From Cetorhinus maximus (Eukaryota), in contig NC_135883.1 of assembly GCF_964194155.1 (NCBI RefSeq), positions 103,230,001 through 103,294,000 of the forward strand: a DNA stretch of 64,000 nucleotides, in the 5' to 3' direction. Within the stretch, counting starts at the first letter, position 1. The number at the start of each line of letters is the position of its first letter. The position numbers and the translations under genes were made by a program. This document shows positions 26,338 through 37,595 of the stretch, one piece after another. The notes beneath the pieces are model-generated. The model ran no database searches, was not told where the DNA came from, and worked only from the letters and a program-made list of their open reading frames with translations.

Positions 26338-26934
26338 CTGGAGGAACAGCATCTCATCTTCCGACTAGGCACTTTACAGCCTTCCGGACTGAATATTGAA
26401 TTCAACAACTTTAGATCTTGAACTCCCTCCTCCATCCTCACCCCGTTTCTTCCCCCTCCCTTTTGTTTTTTCCAATAATGTATATAGATTTTTCTTTTCC
26501 CACCTATTTCCATTATTTTTAAATCTATACCTTTTATGCCATGTTAGTCTTTCCACTCCACCCCACCCCCACTAGAGCTGTACCTTGAATGTCCTGCCAT
26601 CCATTCTTAATTAGCACATTCGTTTAGATAATATCACCACCTTCAACACCTCTTTGTTCCTTTGTCTGTGACATCTTTTGATTATCTGCTCCTATCACTG
26701 CTTGCTTGTCCCTACAACCACACCACCCCACAAACTTCTCTCCCCCCCCCCCCAACCTTAAACCAGCTTATATTTCATCCCTCTCCTAACTTTACTCAGT
26801 TCTGTTGAAGGGTCATGAGGACTCGAAACGTCAACTCTTTTCTTCTCCGCTGATGCTGCCAGACCTGCTGAGTTTTTTCCAGGTAATTCTGTTTTTGTTT
26901 TGGATTTCCAGCATCCGCAGTTTTTTGTTCTATT
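26338..26934 (+). mobile_element. 5'-truncated Penelope-like element (end of GIY-YIG ORF plus 3' pLTR)
   Basis: Encodes LEEQHLIFRLGTLQPSGLNIEFNNFR; exact 12-bp TSD ATTGAAGTATTA (26326-26337, 26935-26946). Confidence 0.88.
26798..26836 (+). ncRNA. Minimal type I hammerhead ribozyme-like motif (variant core)
   Basis: AGTT-CTGTTGA-A-GGGTC(ATGAG)GACTC-GAAA-CGTC-AACT: stem I AGTT/AACT, stem II, palindromic ACGT, GUC triplet; core A6 is U. Confidence 0.65.
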
Positions 26935-27199
26935 ATTGAAGTATTAGTGATTGTGATGTGACCAAGACAAATTTCTCAAGTGATAATTCACCAATTACAG
27001 AAAAGTAGGTCAGCATGTGTCATACAATACAAGCAGGGCACCATAAGATCTAATGTATGTCATAAAACACAGCCAACATAAGTGATATCAGTCTATATCA
27101 CACAATACAATCAAAGATGAGTCACATTGGGCTCAAAATGTTAACTCTGTTTCTCTCTCAAACCTGCGTTTTTCCAGTAATTTCTGTTTTTTACTTCAG

Positions 27200-27872
27200 G
27201 GGCTGAATCTTTGGCTCGCCGAGCGGGGGCGGAGTCCACTCGCTGAGGCATAAAATGACGTGGGGTGATGTCGGGCGTGCGTCCCGACATCACCACGCGT
27301 CATTTAGATTTTCAGTTCGACAGGCGCGCAGCCGAAAGTCCTGTTAAGGCCATTAATTAAATTATTAAGCCTATTGAGAAAGCTGCCCATCCAACCTTAA
27401 GGTTGGCGGGCAGGTGAAGAGCCCAGGCAGCCTTCTCATTTTTCATGGAACCTCATCGACGGGCGGGATGAGGTTTCATGAAGGGTTTATAAATTAAATA
27501 CATTTTTCATTAAAGTTCATTGACATGTCCCAGCTCATGTGACACTGCCACATTAGGGAACATGTCTTAAATTTTTTTTCTTCTTTGTTAAATTTTTTGG
27601 AACTTAAACTAATCTCCCTGAGGCACCTCTGTCACTCAGGGAGATTTCTGTGCTCTTTCGCGCGCATGTGGGAAAGAGTGCAAGCCCCAACTCAGGCATC
27701 CCTCCCCCTGCCCGCACAAGGACCGCTCAGCACTTCCGGGCATGCGTCACGCTGGGCGGGCCTTAATTGGCCCACCCATGTAAAATGGCGGTGCGGACCT
27801 GGTCGGTGGTGCCGATCGAGTCCGCGCCCACCCTTGCCCGCAAAACCCCCCGACAGAGGGAAAATTCTACCC
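27200..27872. mobile_element. Harbinger-type MITE (inverted paralog of 1423-2037) inserted in a Penelope-tail remnant
   Basis: TIRs GGGCTGAATCTTT / AAAATTCTACCC, exact TSD CAG; removing it restores ...TTCAGATTTCCAGCATGTGCAGTATTTTGC. Confidence 0.88.
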
Positions 27873-28893
27873 CAGATTTCCAGCATGTGCAGTATTTTGC
27901 TTTTATAAAAATATTATGTGCTGTACGTTATGTTTATTACTCATGAAAATGAAATCATCTTTTAACTAGCCAATGGGAGATGACTACTGGTGCAGTCCCA
28001 TGCCCAATTTAAAACTATACAAAATCCATTGTTAAACTGACAAAAGAATTTAGACTTATCAAAAAGTAACTCTTTCATAGCAATGCAAATTCAGGGCAGA
28101 GACAAGGTAATTGGAGCTGATTAAAATGACCTTATGTAATGAGATTTTGCTTACTATCTTTCAGCACAAGCAGCACAGAAAAAAACAGCCTATTTGGAAA
28201 AAATAAACCTACCACTCATGCCTTTCTTTGATGTTGTGAATTCTTTACCTGGTTGTGGTTTCATGGACCTCAGTTACCATCTGGCACCTCAGCTATTGTT
28301 AAAAACTGAGGTCTAAACAATGCATTGGTTGATCAATTTGTGATACTTGACAGTAGCGACTGGTCCCGGGATGAGATCCCCCAATATGCCAAGATCCTGG
28401 GTGAGAAACCCCAAATTGTTAACTTCCTGAATGGGACACCAATTTGTTATGCTCCCGGGTGAGAAGGAATGAGCTGGCTCTCCTTCTTTATTCAACACCT
28501 TCAGTTGGTTGCGACAAGGTTAATTTAAAAGGGATCGCTTCTCTTGTGGATACCTTTCCCAGTCCAAATATATTTATGTTTTAGAAGGAGCCATTCAAGA
28601 CTTTCTTGAATCAAAGAAAGAGTAAGTTTGTTAGTTGCTAAACCCGATAAAAATAATAAAAATGCAACATACATACATGCAGATCATAAATGAGAAGTTG
28701 AGTCCAAAAATAAAAGTGAAAAAAGATATACAAATCAGTCTTTGGCTTGTCCATGAGGAATAGATGGCGAAATGTTGCGATCGTTATTTGGGTGATTCCG
28801 GTAGAGCTGAATTTGGCAGTTGAGCAGTTGGTTTGGAGACGCTTGGTTCTGCAGGTTAGATGAAGCAGTTGTCCTGTTTCCTTTTTGACTGTG

Positions 28894-29850
28894 TGTCAAG
28901 AAACTATCATATTTTTCATTATATTATTGTGGTTTACTGTAAAGTAGGTTTATGAGTGTGAGTGTGTATGGCTCTGTCTGTGTGATTTAATTGAATTGGA
29001 GTCAGATAGACTGCAAGATTGAAATTATCAAAAGAAATTGGGTGTAAAAGGCATTTGAAATGCTAATGAGTAAACATGGATGAGGGCAGCATGTAGGATG
29101 TGAAGGAAATTAGCATTTTTAGATAAATGAAGGGGTTGTTTAGGTTTCAAAGGGATGATAGGATGTTTACAACTAACAAGATGAGCAAGGCCAAGCAGTA
29201 TGCTTATGTTTTTTCCAAAGGTACTGATCATATTGGCAACATGAAGGATTTTTATATTATGGGAAAAGCAAATTTCCAAAGACATATAGGACAATGGAAT
29301 TTAAAGATTAAAGAGAGAGAAACATGTATAAAGAAGGATGGAAGGCTATGCTGGGTGCGGGGGCAGGGGGGGGCATAAAAGACCTAAAAGGATTGTGTAA
29401 TATAGCCTTGGGGACAAAACCTCCAGTCACTTTTGCAGAAGTCTGCTGTGTTCCGTAACCAAGGTTGGAGAAATGCCTTGAGAATTCCACTGTTGAGTGG
29501 GTGCTGTGGTAAACTTGCTGGATTGCCTATCTAAGTTTAAAATCTATTTTGGACTGTTGCCTTAAAGAGGGTGTGTAGTTGGCAGTCAGGTTAATTAGGA
29601 AATTTTGGGATTGGTTATAGTATTAAGTAACTGTAATCTTATGTGTGTGCTTGAAATCTTTTCTTTTATTAATAAATGTTTTAATTTAATTTTTAAAATC
29701 TCTAAAGGTGTTAGTGGGCTCATTACTTCTGAATTCAGTGCACAAATCTTCTCATAATAAATACAAATTGCAAAAACATTGTGATAGCATGGCCAGATTT
29801 CCCTTGTGGATTTGGTCCACCTGGCACACATCACCTGCCATATCATAACA
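28894..29850 (+). mobile_element. Solo LTR (957 bp), probably nested in an older LTR-like element starting ~28445
   Basis: TGTCAAG...CATAACA termini, 5-bp TSD CTGTG (28889-28893, 29851-29855), AATAAA at 29671. Confidence 0.8.
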
Positions 29851-30913
29851 CTGTGGCTTTGCTGACTTGCCTCCAAGCTGCAGGGATGTCTAGTTCATGT
29901 TATTCTGCTGTGACCTTCACAGCATACACTAGCACACCAGAGCTAGAAGATACAAATTAGGTTTTTAACCTAAAAAGCAGCTAGCTTTTTAAACCCTTTT
30001 TCATGTGTATTCCTGGAAGGGAAAAACAAACATGTCTTTTGCTCAGAATCTGCTTTCTTTTAACTCAGACCATTTTCACATTCTGAGTTACAGCCCAAGA
30101 GGGGATGATTTCTGCTGAGATGTGGTAATCAGTCTCTATTGTCTCTGCAACCACAGGAGATTAAAGTTCAGTCTTTTGCATTGCATCTCCTCCTTTCAAG
30201 TGTCTCTGTCTGAAGTAGGCCTTGACACCCTTTTAGTTGCGATATTCCATGTTCTTTCTGGATTAGTCAGTCAAGTATAATCCACATAGTAATTTTCCAG
30301 CAAGTGATTACTTTATATTCTCAGCAAGCTTTTGCTTGTATGCCTTTTTTTACTAAAGCACACATCTCCCTTAAAAAGTTCAATATGCCCATAAGTAATT
30401 TGGGGCTGTGATTCACTGTCATGGCACAAGCAATGACTCAAGCCTGGGCAGCCGATAATGGCAATAGGAGTCCAATTGTAGTTCCTCAGAAGACTTCTGG
30501 CAGAGATCAGAATATATTAGCAGTCTCCCACTTTATAAACTTACCGATTCTTTGTGGGAGCCCAGGAAACTTCACCTACCATGAAAGGAAGTTTGTTATT
30601 AAAATCTAAAGATTCAACAATTGGTTTATCAACAATATGGGAAGGGTAAAACCTTGCACAGAAGAAATTGCAGTCAGTGCATTAACCTTTCTCAATGAAA
30701 ATATCTTCCCTTCCCCTCCCCTTGGTTTCTTGCAGCTGTATAAAATCATTATTAACCAGAGGAGAACCTACTCCTGCCTTGGCTGAAGATGAAACACAGC
30801 CTGGAATAACTCACCTTGGCCTTTCCTCTTACAGATTTTTGAATCAGGTTGAATCTGCTTTGAGCATTTTTTCTTGCCTGAAAGTACAGAAGGGGAGTTT
30901 TCACAGCTCTTAC

Positions 30914-31082
30914 CTGTACTCTCCTCAAGGGTTAAGACCTCCAGCCTGGGACTGTAGTTCCCATAGCCAGCAGTGGTAAATGCTCGAATCTGGAATATGT
31001 AGGCTGTGCCTGGTTTCAGGTTATTAATGGTAGTTGATGTTGAGGTAGCTTTGACTGTGGAGTAAGTGCGTTCTTTTAGATT
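30914..31082 (-). CDS. EPHA7: EphA7 exon 7 (169 nt), C-terminal half of second FN3 domain
   Basis: NLKERTYSTVKATSTSTTINNLKPGTAYIFQIRAFTTAGYGNYSPRLEVLTLEEST; acceptor AG 31084-31083, donor GTAAG 30913-30909. Read manually; not in the ORF track. Confidence 0.97.
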
Positions 31083-33627
31083 CTGGAAAACAAATGACTT
31101 GCATTAAAGGTTGCAGCAAGATTTAAAAAATGAGAGAGAAAATGTTTATGATTTTGGAGTTATTGTATTAAAATTCATGTTTCTTGATTTTTAAAAAAAA
31201 TGTATATATTGTACATTACATACATGATGTAATATCCATGAGTTACAGGGTATATATTTAATTGAAAGATTCAAATAACATTCACAAACCACTAGAGCTT
31301 CGAAGTTGCAGCTTGTGACTTCACCTAAACTTTGTGGTTACGTTTTAGGCTTTGAAAACTACCCTGGGAATCTATCATATTCTATCTAGTTGTATCCTAT
31401 CTTGTTAAAATAGGCTTTTAAAGCTTATTCTAGTCTATAATTTTGATACTTTCATCTTAGCTGAGCTTAATCTCTAAAATGGAAGAACTCAGCCTCCAAA
31501 TACTCTGTTTAATACACAGAATTCAGCTCCAGTATCTAATTCCAACACTAATTCATTTTTATCATTTCAATTGCACAACAAAAACAAGCTTCAAAGCGAA
31601 TATATTCCACTTAGTAGAGAGAAGTCATTTACTGCTGGTGGAGGGAGTATGAGCAGCATTTTGCCACCAGGTGGAATTACTCCTTGGGGATTTGTTATTA
31701 GTATATCAGGCAGTATCTGCCATTTTAATCTGATTAGTTAACGTCTGAAAGGTTAGATACCAACTTGCTGTTGCATCTAGGTGATATGACTGCACTAATA
31801 CTGCCTTTACCAATCACAGTGTTATGACTATGGTTGTTTATGCACACTAATGACCATCAGGCCACACTCTTTGTTCAGAGCTGGAGGTCGTCTGTGGTTT
31901 GGTTGATTATTGACAATGCATATCTTAAAAGTGAAGGCAAAAAGTACACTGACAGTCCTCTGGAGCTCCAACATATGGTTTAACACACCATAAGTTCACA
32001 CTTATGATTCTCCAGATAGTGCTAGATGCAGCAGTGACATTGGGGGGAGGGGAGGAGGCAGTGTGCAGAGACAATAATCACCTTGTGCTGCTTTGACAAA
32101 TCCAAGATTAGCCACTCACCTGCCTATTCTCTGTGTAGTACCTGGGGTGGAGTGGGGTGGGGTGGGGGGGCTGTGTGGGAAACAGAAGTGGAAATGGAAG
32201 TGAAATAATAAAAACTGATATAAAACCCCAGAACACAAGACAATGGCATAAAACTTAGGCTGTTAGACAGTAGGAGGGGAATTGAGAGGTATGGGAGCAT
32301 ATCCCAATGGCTGTCACTTGTGGCAGAATGCAACAGGGCTAACCTAGGACTATGCATTTGTTAGATACCACTACATTTTCCAAGAGTTTATTTGGTGCTC
32401 AGTTTGTAAAACCATTTTCTTGCTTCTGTTGACCTGCTAAAAAGCTCCCTTTGTTTCATATTCTCCTATGATTCTATCATGTTCAGCCAACCCAGTTGTT
32501 CCTCTGGAATAATTGCCACATCTCTGTCCTCAGGTCTGAGACCCTCAAATATAAGCACATTTGGTGCACAACGGCCCTGATCTGGCTAGACCACATTCAG
32601 AATCATCTAATTTATCTCTCTGCACCAAATTTTAGATTTATCCTGGAGGATAAGGACAATCCCAAGTTGACGACAAACCAGCTCCTCCAAATCCTCTTCC
32701 CATTTCTCCTATCCTCATGACTAGCAAGCACCAAATGTGGGAAATTTTTAGATTCCATTCCCACCTATCACACTTCTTCACCTCCTCCTTTAACTTTGAT
32801 GCTCTTCACCAATCTAGCCACAAATTCATAGCTACGATGCAACTCCTTCCCTCAGAACACAGCACGCTCAGCTCTTCCAGCAAGTCTGACCACTCTGACC
32901 CAATCTGTGGCACACAATTATCTTTCCTCAGCCCAATCTCGCTAACACGATGAATGGCTCCTTTTCCATAAAGTGTTTTTTGCCCTTCAAAACTGTTGTC
33001 ATCACTCTTGCCCAAAATATCTCACTTACTCAAGTTTTCCTATCTAATGTTTCAAACAGAACATTACGCCATTCAGCACTGCACTCAACTCATCCATCAT
33101 CCCTTGTTTGCATCTGTTTTATTTAGTTTCCAGCCTGCCAACATACTCAGAGTGCAATGGTCAAAGTCATTAACAACACACTTTGTGACTGTCTAGTACT
33201 TCCTCCCTCCTAGGCCTTCCCATAGCATTCACCATATTGATCACTCCATGTTCTTCCACTATGTCTCTTCCATAGTTCACCCCTATGACACTTGTGTTTC
33301 ACTCCTACCTGTCTCAGCACAGCAAGCACATTGTGTACAATGGATTTTCTCCCTACCCATGTATTGCCACCTCAGAACTCCATCACCCTCTCCCACCTAT
33401 TCCTTATGTACATACTATCTACCTACACCAACATTAGGCATTGATTCAGCTTCCATATGCATGCAAGTAACATCCCGCATCAATCGCCATCATTAATGTC
33501 AAGGCTATCACTGTGCTGTTTTTAAGGGGATGGAATTGTCATCATGGTAAAGCCTCTCTCCAGACTGTGGTACAGCATTCACATACAGAAGAAAGCTTAA
33601 TGATGTGCTGAAGCCAGCTCATTTGCA

Positions 33628-33830
33628 TAATAAAAACAGAAAGCTGGTAAAACTCAGCAGGTCTGGCAGCATCTGTGGAGGGAAAGACAGAGTTAATATT
33701 TCAAGTCCATATGACTCTTCTTCAGAAGAAGTCATATGGACTCAAAACATTAAATCTGTGTCTGCTGAGTTTTTCCAGCATTTTCTGTTTTTATTTCAGA
33801 TTTCCAGCATCCACAGAATTTTGATTTTAT
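33628..33830. mobile_element. Inverted (palindromic) Penelope pLTR remnant with two opposed hammerhead-like motifs
   Basis: Arms AGTCCATATGACTCTTC / GAAGTCATATGGACT around 33722; minus arm reads CTGAAGA-A-GAGTC(ATATG)GACTT-GAAA. Confidence 0.75.
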
Positions 33831-35919
33831 CACTTGCATAATATTTGTTTTTCATTTTATTTTAATAAAGTATGTAATATTGTAAGTATCACTCAGTGAG
33901 TTTACCCTTCATAACCTGAACCTTTTCCTTCAGTTCCCAACGCAGGTTTGTTTCTTGCCAATTTTTTTCTCTCTTACCCTAATTACTGGGTGTGCAACCC
34001 TACCCTTTTTAATAGAAATTACAAGTTTTTAGTTATAAAATGTTACGGCAAGCGATTATTGAACAACTTCTCCCTACAAGGAAGTTAAAGTGACAGAGTC
34101 TGCTGTCTGGAGACACATGAGAAAGTAAAATTCAATAATATGTGGACCCTGGGGAGCTGTAAATAAACCAAATACTATTAGAATAGTAATCTAGGACCCA
34201 ATGTCCACACATTTGGGGCAAGATTTTCATCTCCCAATGGAGGCAGGAATCGGGTTGTGAAATGCAGAATTTATTTTTGCTGGAGAAATGACTTTTCTCT
34301 CTCTCCCTGACCTCACAGCGTTTTCATGTGGTCTTTTTGTGGGTCAGGAAGACCTTGGAAGCATCTCTTGAGATTCGGTTTGCCATTGTGAGGACCATAG
34401 GAAATTTGGATTTCTTCCAGCAATATTTTCATGTGCTGGTATGGGTTTTGGAAGCCCAAAAATGCACCTCCTTGGAGAGCTTGCGAACACTCTTGGAAGC
34501 CTGTTGAGGAGTTGGTTACATTCTGACAGGTAAGTATTAAATGATTTGACACATTTAAACATCATGTTAGATACTGTACTGTAGTGCATATGTGTTTTAA
34601 TGCAGTGATTGATCAGAGGGCTCTGCCCTGCAAAGGTAACTTGACCATCACATGAACTAGTATTGTGTAAATGTTGATATACATACAGTACTTTTCCCGA
34701 TGGAGAAAATGTCAAAGTACATCCAAAGCTGTAGAGAAATGCTGCAACACCCTCATGTTGCATTTTGGTTTGTGATTTAATTGTCCTGCTTTACTTTGCC
34801 CGGCCGTAGAATGGTAAAAAAGAAACTAAGTACCTGCTCCAGTCCATTGATTAACAGGAATTCTGCTTGGAAATGGAAAAGGCACCATCCCTTCTTTCAA
34901 TTTCAGAGGGTTCTGGAGTTGAAGGCCAATGATTTGACAGGTGTGGCCATTATGAATGCTTGGCTGAGTTCCAGAAGCTAATGTCATTCTCAGCTGTTGA
35001 CACAGCTGCTCAGGAAAGTGTTTGACAGTTTTAAGAAGTTATAGTAACCAGCTTTGGTGTGGTTCCTGAATACATGATTGTTTACACATCATAGCCACTT
35101 AAGGATTTTTATTTTCAACGGGGCTGCATTTTTTTTTGCAGAATAATTTTTTTTTTTTCCAATGAGACTTTTGTTAGATTGTTAAAAGGTTTAATTTCTT
35201 TTCACCTGCAAGCATTGGCTATTGCATGGCTGATGACGGTACATAGTGGATAATGGGCAAGTAGCTATGGAGGATACATGGGGGTACGGGGTGGAAATGG
35301 GCTATGAGGGGAAAGGGGAGAATGAGGGAGCAAGTAGGGGAGGGGTGTAATTTAGAGGTCATAAGAATGATGTTGGGAGCTGGGCTGCTGTCCCTAAGAA
35401 CTGAGTTAGGCCTTCTAACCAGCCTATCCCAGCTGGTTCTTCTGCTGTGCATTGCTGCTTACAAATTGTAATGAAAATCCCCAGTCAAAGTTAGTCTTGA
35501 ATCAGGTGTGCAAAAGGGCCCAACTCACAGTTCATGAGCTGAAGTGGAAAATCTGGGGCATGGACTTTCAGCAGAGATGATAGAGGACCGGGTTGGGGGA
35601 CTTGGCTGATTTTCTCCTTCACAAAGCAGGATGAAGTTATTTATTACTATGATTGAGATCAACTATCTTGCAGAGACCGAGGTTCAAACTTTGGACCTCC
35701 CCAACTGAATGGCTCCACTGCTCACTAGAATAACTCCTCACGCCACCAGAAGAACCTTGGTACACAGGTTTCTGGTCTGAGAAGATTCAATAATACAATG
35801 GTAGTCTGAACAAAAATCTAATGTTATTAGTTGGAAACTGTCTTACATGTTTTGGTTTGAGGTTTTTGAAGAGTCATTAAAAAGTGAGTGCAGGTATTCA
35901 TTTGCAGTGTAACCCTCAC

Positions 35920-36044
35920 CTTTTCATAGTACTTGATTTCATATGCTGTGATGACTCCATTGGGATGCTCTGGCTCCTTCCAGGAGAGATTGACAGTCCT
36001 CTGCTGCACTCTATCCTTCACTACACCGCTTACCTGTGATGGAG
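35920..36044 (-). CDS. EPHA7: EphA7 exon 6 (125 nt), N-terminal half of second FN3 domain
   Basis: (A)PSQVSGVVKDRVQQRTVNLSWKEPEHPNGVITAYEIKYYEK; acceptor CAG 36045-36047, donor GTGAG 35919-35915. Confidence 0.98.
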
Positions 36045-36994
36045 CTGTTTGGAAAAGTAATGTCAATAAGCACCAGGCAAACTCACTCCAAGATTGAAAT
36101 CAAAAAAGATCAAAACCAATCAGCCCCATATCCCTGCAGTTTCATTAAAACACTTCCTATTGTCTTCATTTGAGAATTTTATGAATATTCAAATAAGAGC
36201 TCATTAATGTTTATAGGCATAATGGAAATTTAAATTAAAGTACAAATATGGGAAGATGGTTTTGATCAACGCAGTGCAAAATAACAATGACTTGGTCTTG
36301 AGAGACAATTATGTAAATTTATTTAAATTCAGGCAACCAAAATACCTGAAGATTATTGATGTAGTTAAGAAGAGAGGGCAGCATCGTTTCTCTGAAATAT
36401 GTTTTTCTTTCTGCACAATTAAATTTCCATCTCAAAACTGCCCAAAAGCCATCTTATTTTTGCTCATTTCAATAGTAATTTCTGACTTGTTAAAATAATT
36501 ATAGACATAAGAGCAACACATCTGTGGCAGGTATGGAGTGTATACCACGACTATTCATCTTGTGAATCTGCGTCGAACTTTGTGTGGTTTTTAAACCGGA
36601 ATTTCTTATGACATTTGTTGGCTGGAAATAATGAAGTCTTTTTTTTTAAATCAGCCTGAGAAAGTGCTGTTTGGAACTTCTTTACAGTGGGGGTGGATGG
36701 GCTGCAGAGGAGACATTGGGCCTGAACATCCCTGGACCTGCGATCAGAGAGTGGGATTGCCACTCCGCTCCTAGTTTTTTACCTTAAATTTTTTTTGATT
36801 CTATCGTGCCCGACATTCCGACTCAGGCAGGGCGAGATCTGGATAGTGCAGGGCCTTGTGTTGAGTGCAGCTCAATTGGATATAAGGAGGCCACGCCAGT
36901 TTTTTTACTGTAAACCAGCTGTAAGCCAGCCAAGCTTAAAGGTCCTTGACAGGCCAGGGAGAAGCTAAGTGTCTGAGGTAAGTGGGTATTTTTT

Positions 36995-37595
36995 TATGGG
37001 GGGTCTGGGTGCTCGGGGTGTTGGGTGGGCCTCGGTGGGCGTGCTGGAGGGAGTGATCGGGCCTCGGGAATTGGGGGTGGGGGGGTGGGGGTCAGGCAGG
37101 GCTTCGTTTTGGGGATGGATTGGTCCTCGGGTGGGGGGGGGACGTTGGGTTGGGTCCAAGGGGAGGGTGATTGTCAGGTCATGTCAGGCCTGGGGGGGTG
37201 AGATGACGAGCTGAGTCAGGCCTTGGGGTGGGGGGGAGAGATTCTGGTGAGAGTTGGGCCTGGCCGGGGGGGTGGGGGCAGTGGTGGGTGTAGGGGGCGG
37301 TGACAGTCGGGCCAGGAGGGGGTTGGGGGTGGGGGGAGGTGTGACAGTTGGACTGGGTGGGGGGGTGGGTAGGGGGAATCCCGTAGTTTGGGGAGTTCCC
37401 ATCATGGCGTGTAGTCCCTAGGGGGTGGGTGGTGTCCCTTGGGGGGGAGTAGTGAGGGGGGGTGGGGGAGACCCCGGGGGTTTGGGTGCGGCAGGGGGGG
37501 GTTAGAGGAGTCCCATGGGGGAGGTGGGGAGTAGTCAGGGGGGTGATGGAGTCCCCTAGGGGTTCAGGGATGTGGGGGAGTCATGTGGGGGTCTG
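36995..37595 (+). repeat. G-rich low-complexity tract inside a probable non-autonomous DNA transposon
   Basis: Dozens of G3-G8 runs on the plus strand; the proline/glycine-rich ORFs here are by-products. Confidence 0.8.

Noticed and set aside
30878-30913. Apparent GT...pyrimidine...CAG mini-intron after exon 7
   Set aside because: Only 36 nt, below the practical vertebrate intron minimum.
34344-34860. 139-aa ORF considered as the missing exon 7
   Set aside because: No FN3 similarity; the real exon 7 is at 30914-31082.
36028-36036. Strong-looking donor CAG|GTAAGC inside exon 6
   Set aside because: It would give an 11-nt exon deleting half an FN3 domain; explained by codon choice for Q-V-S.
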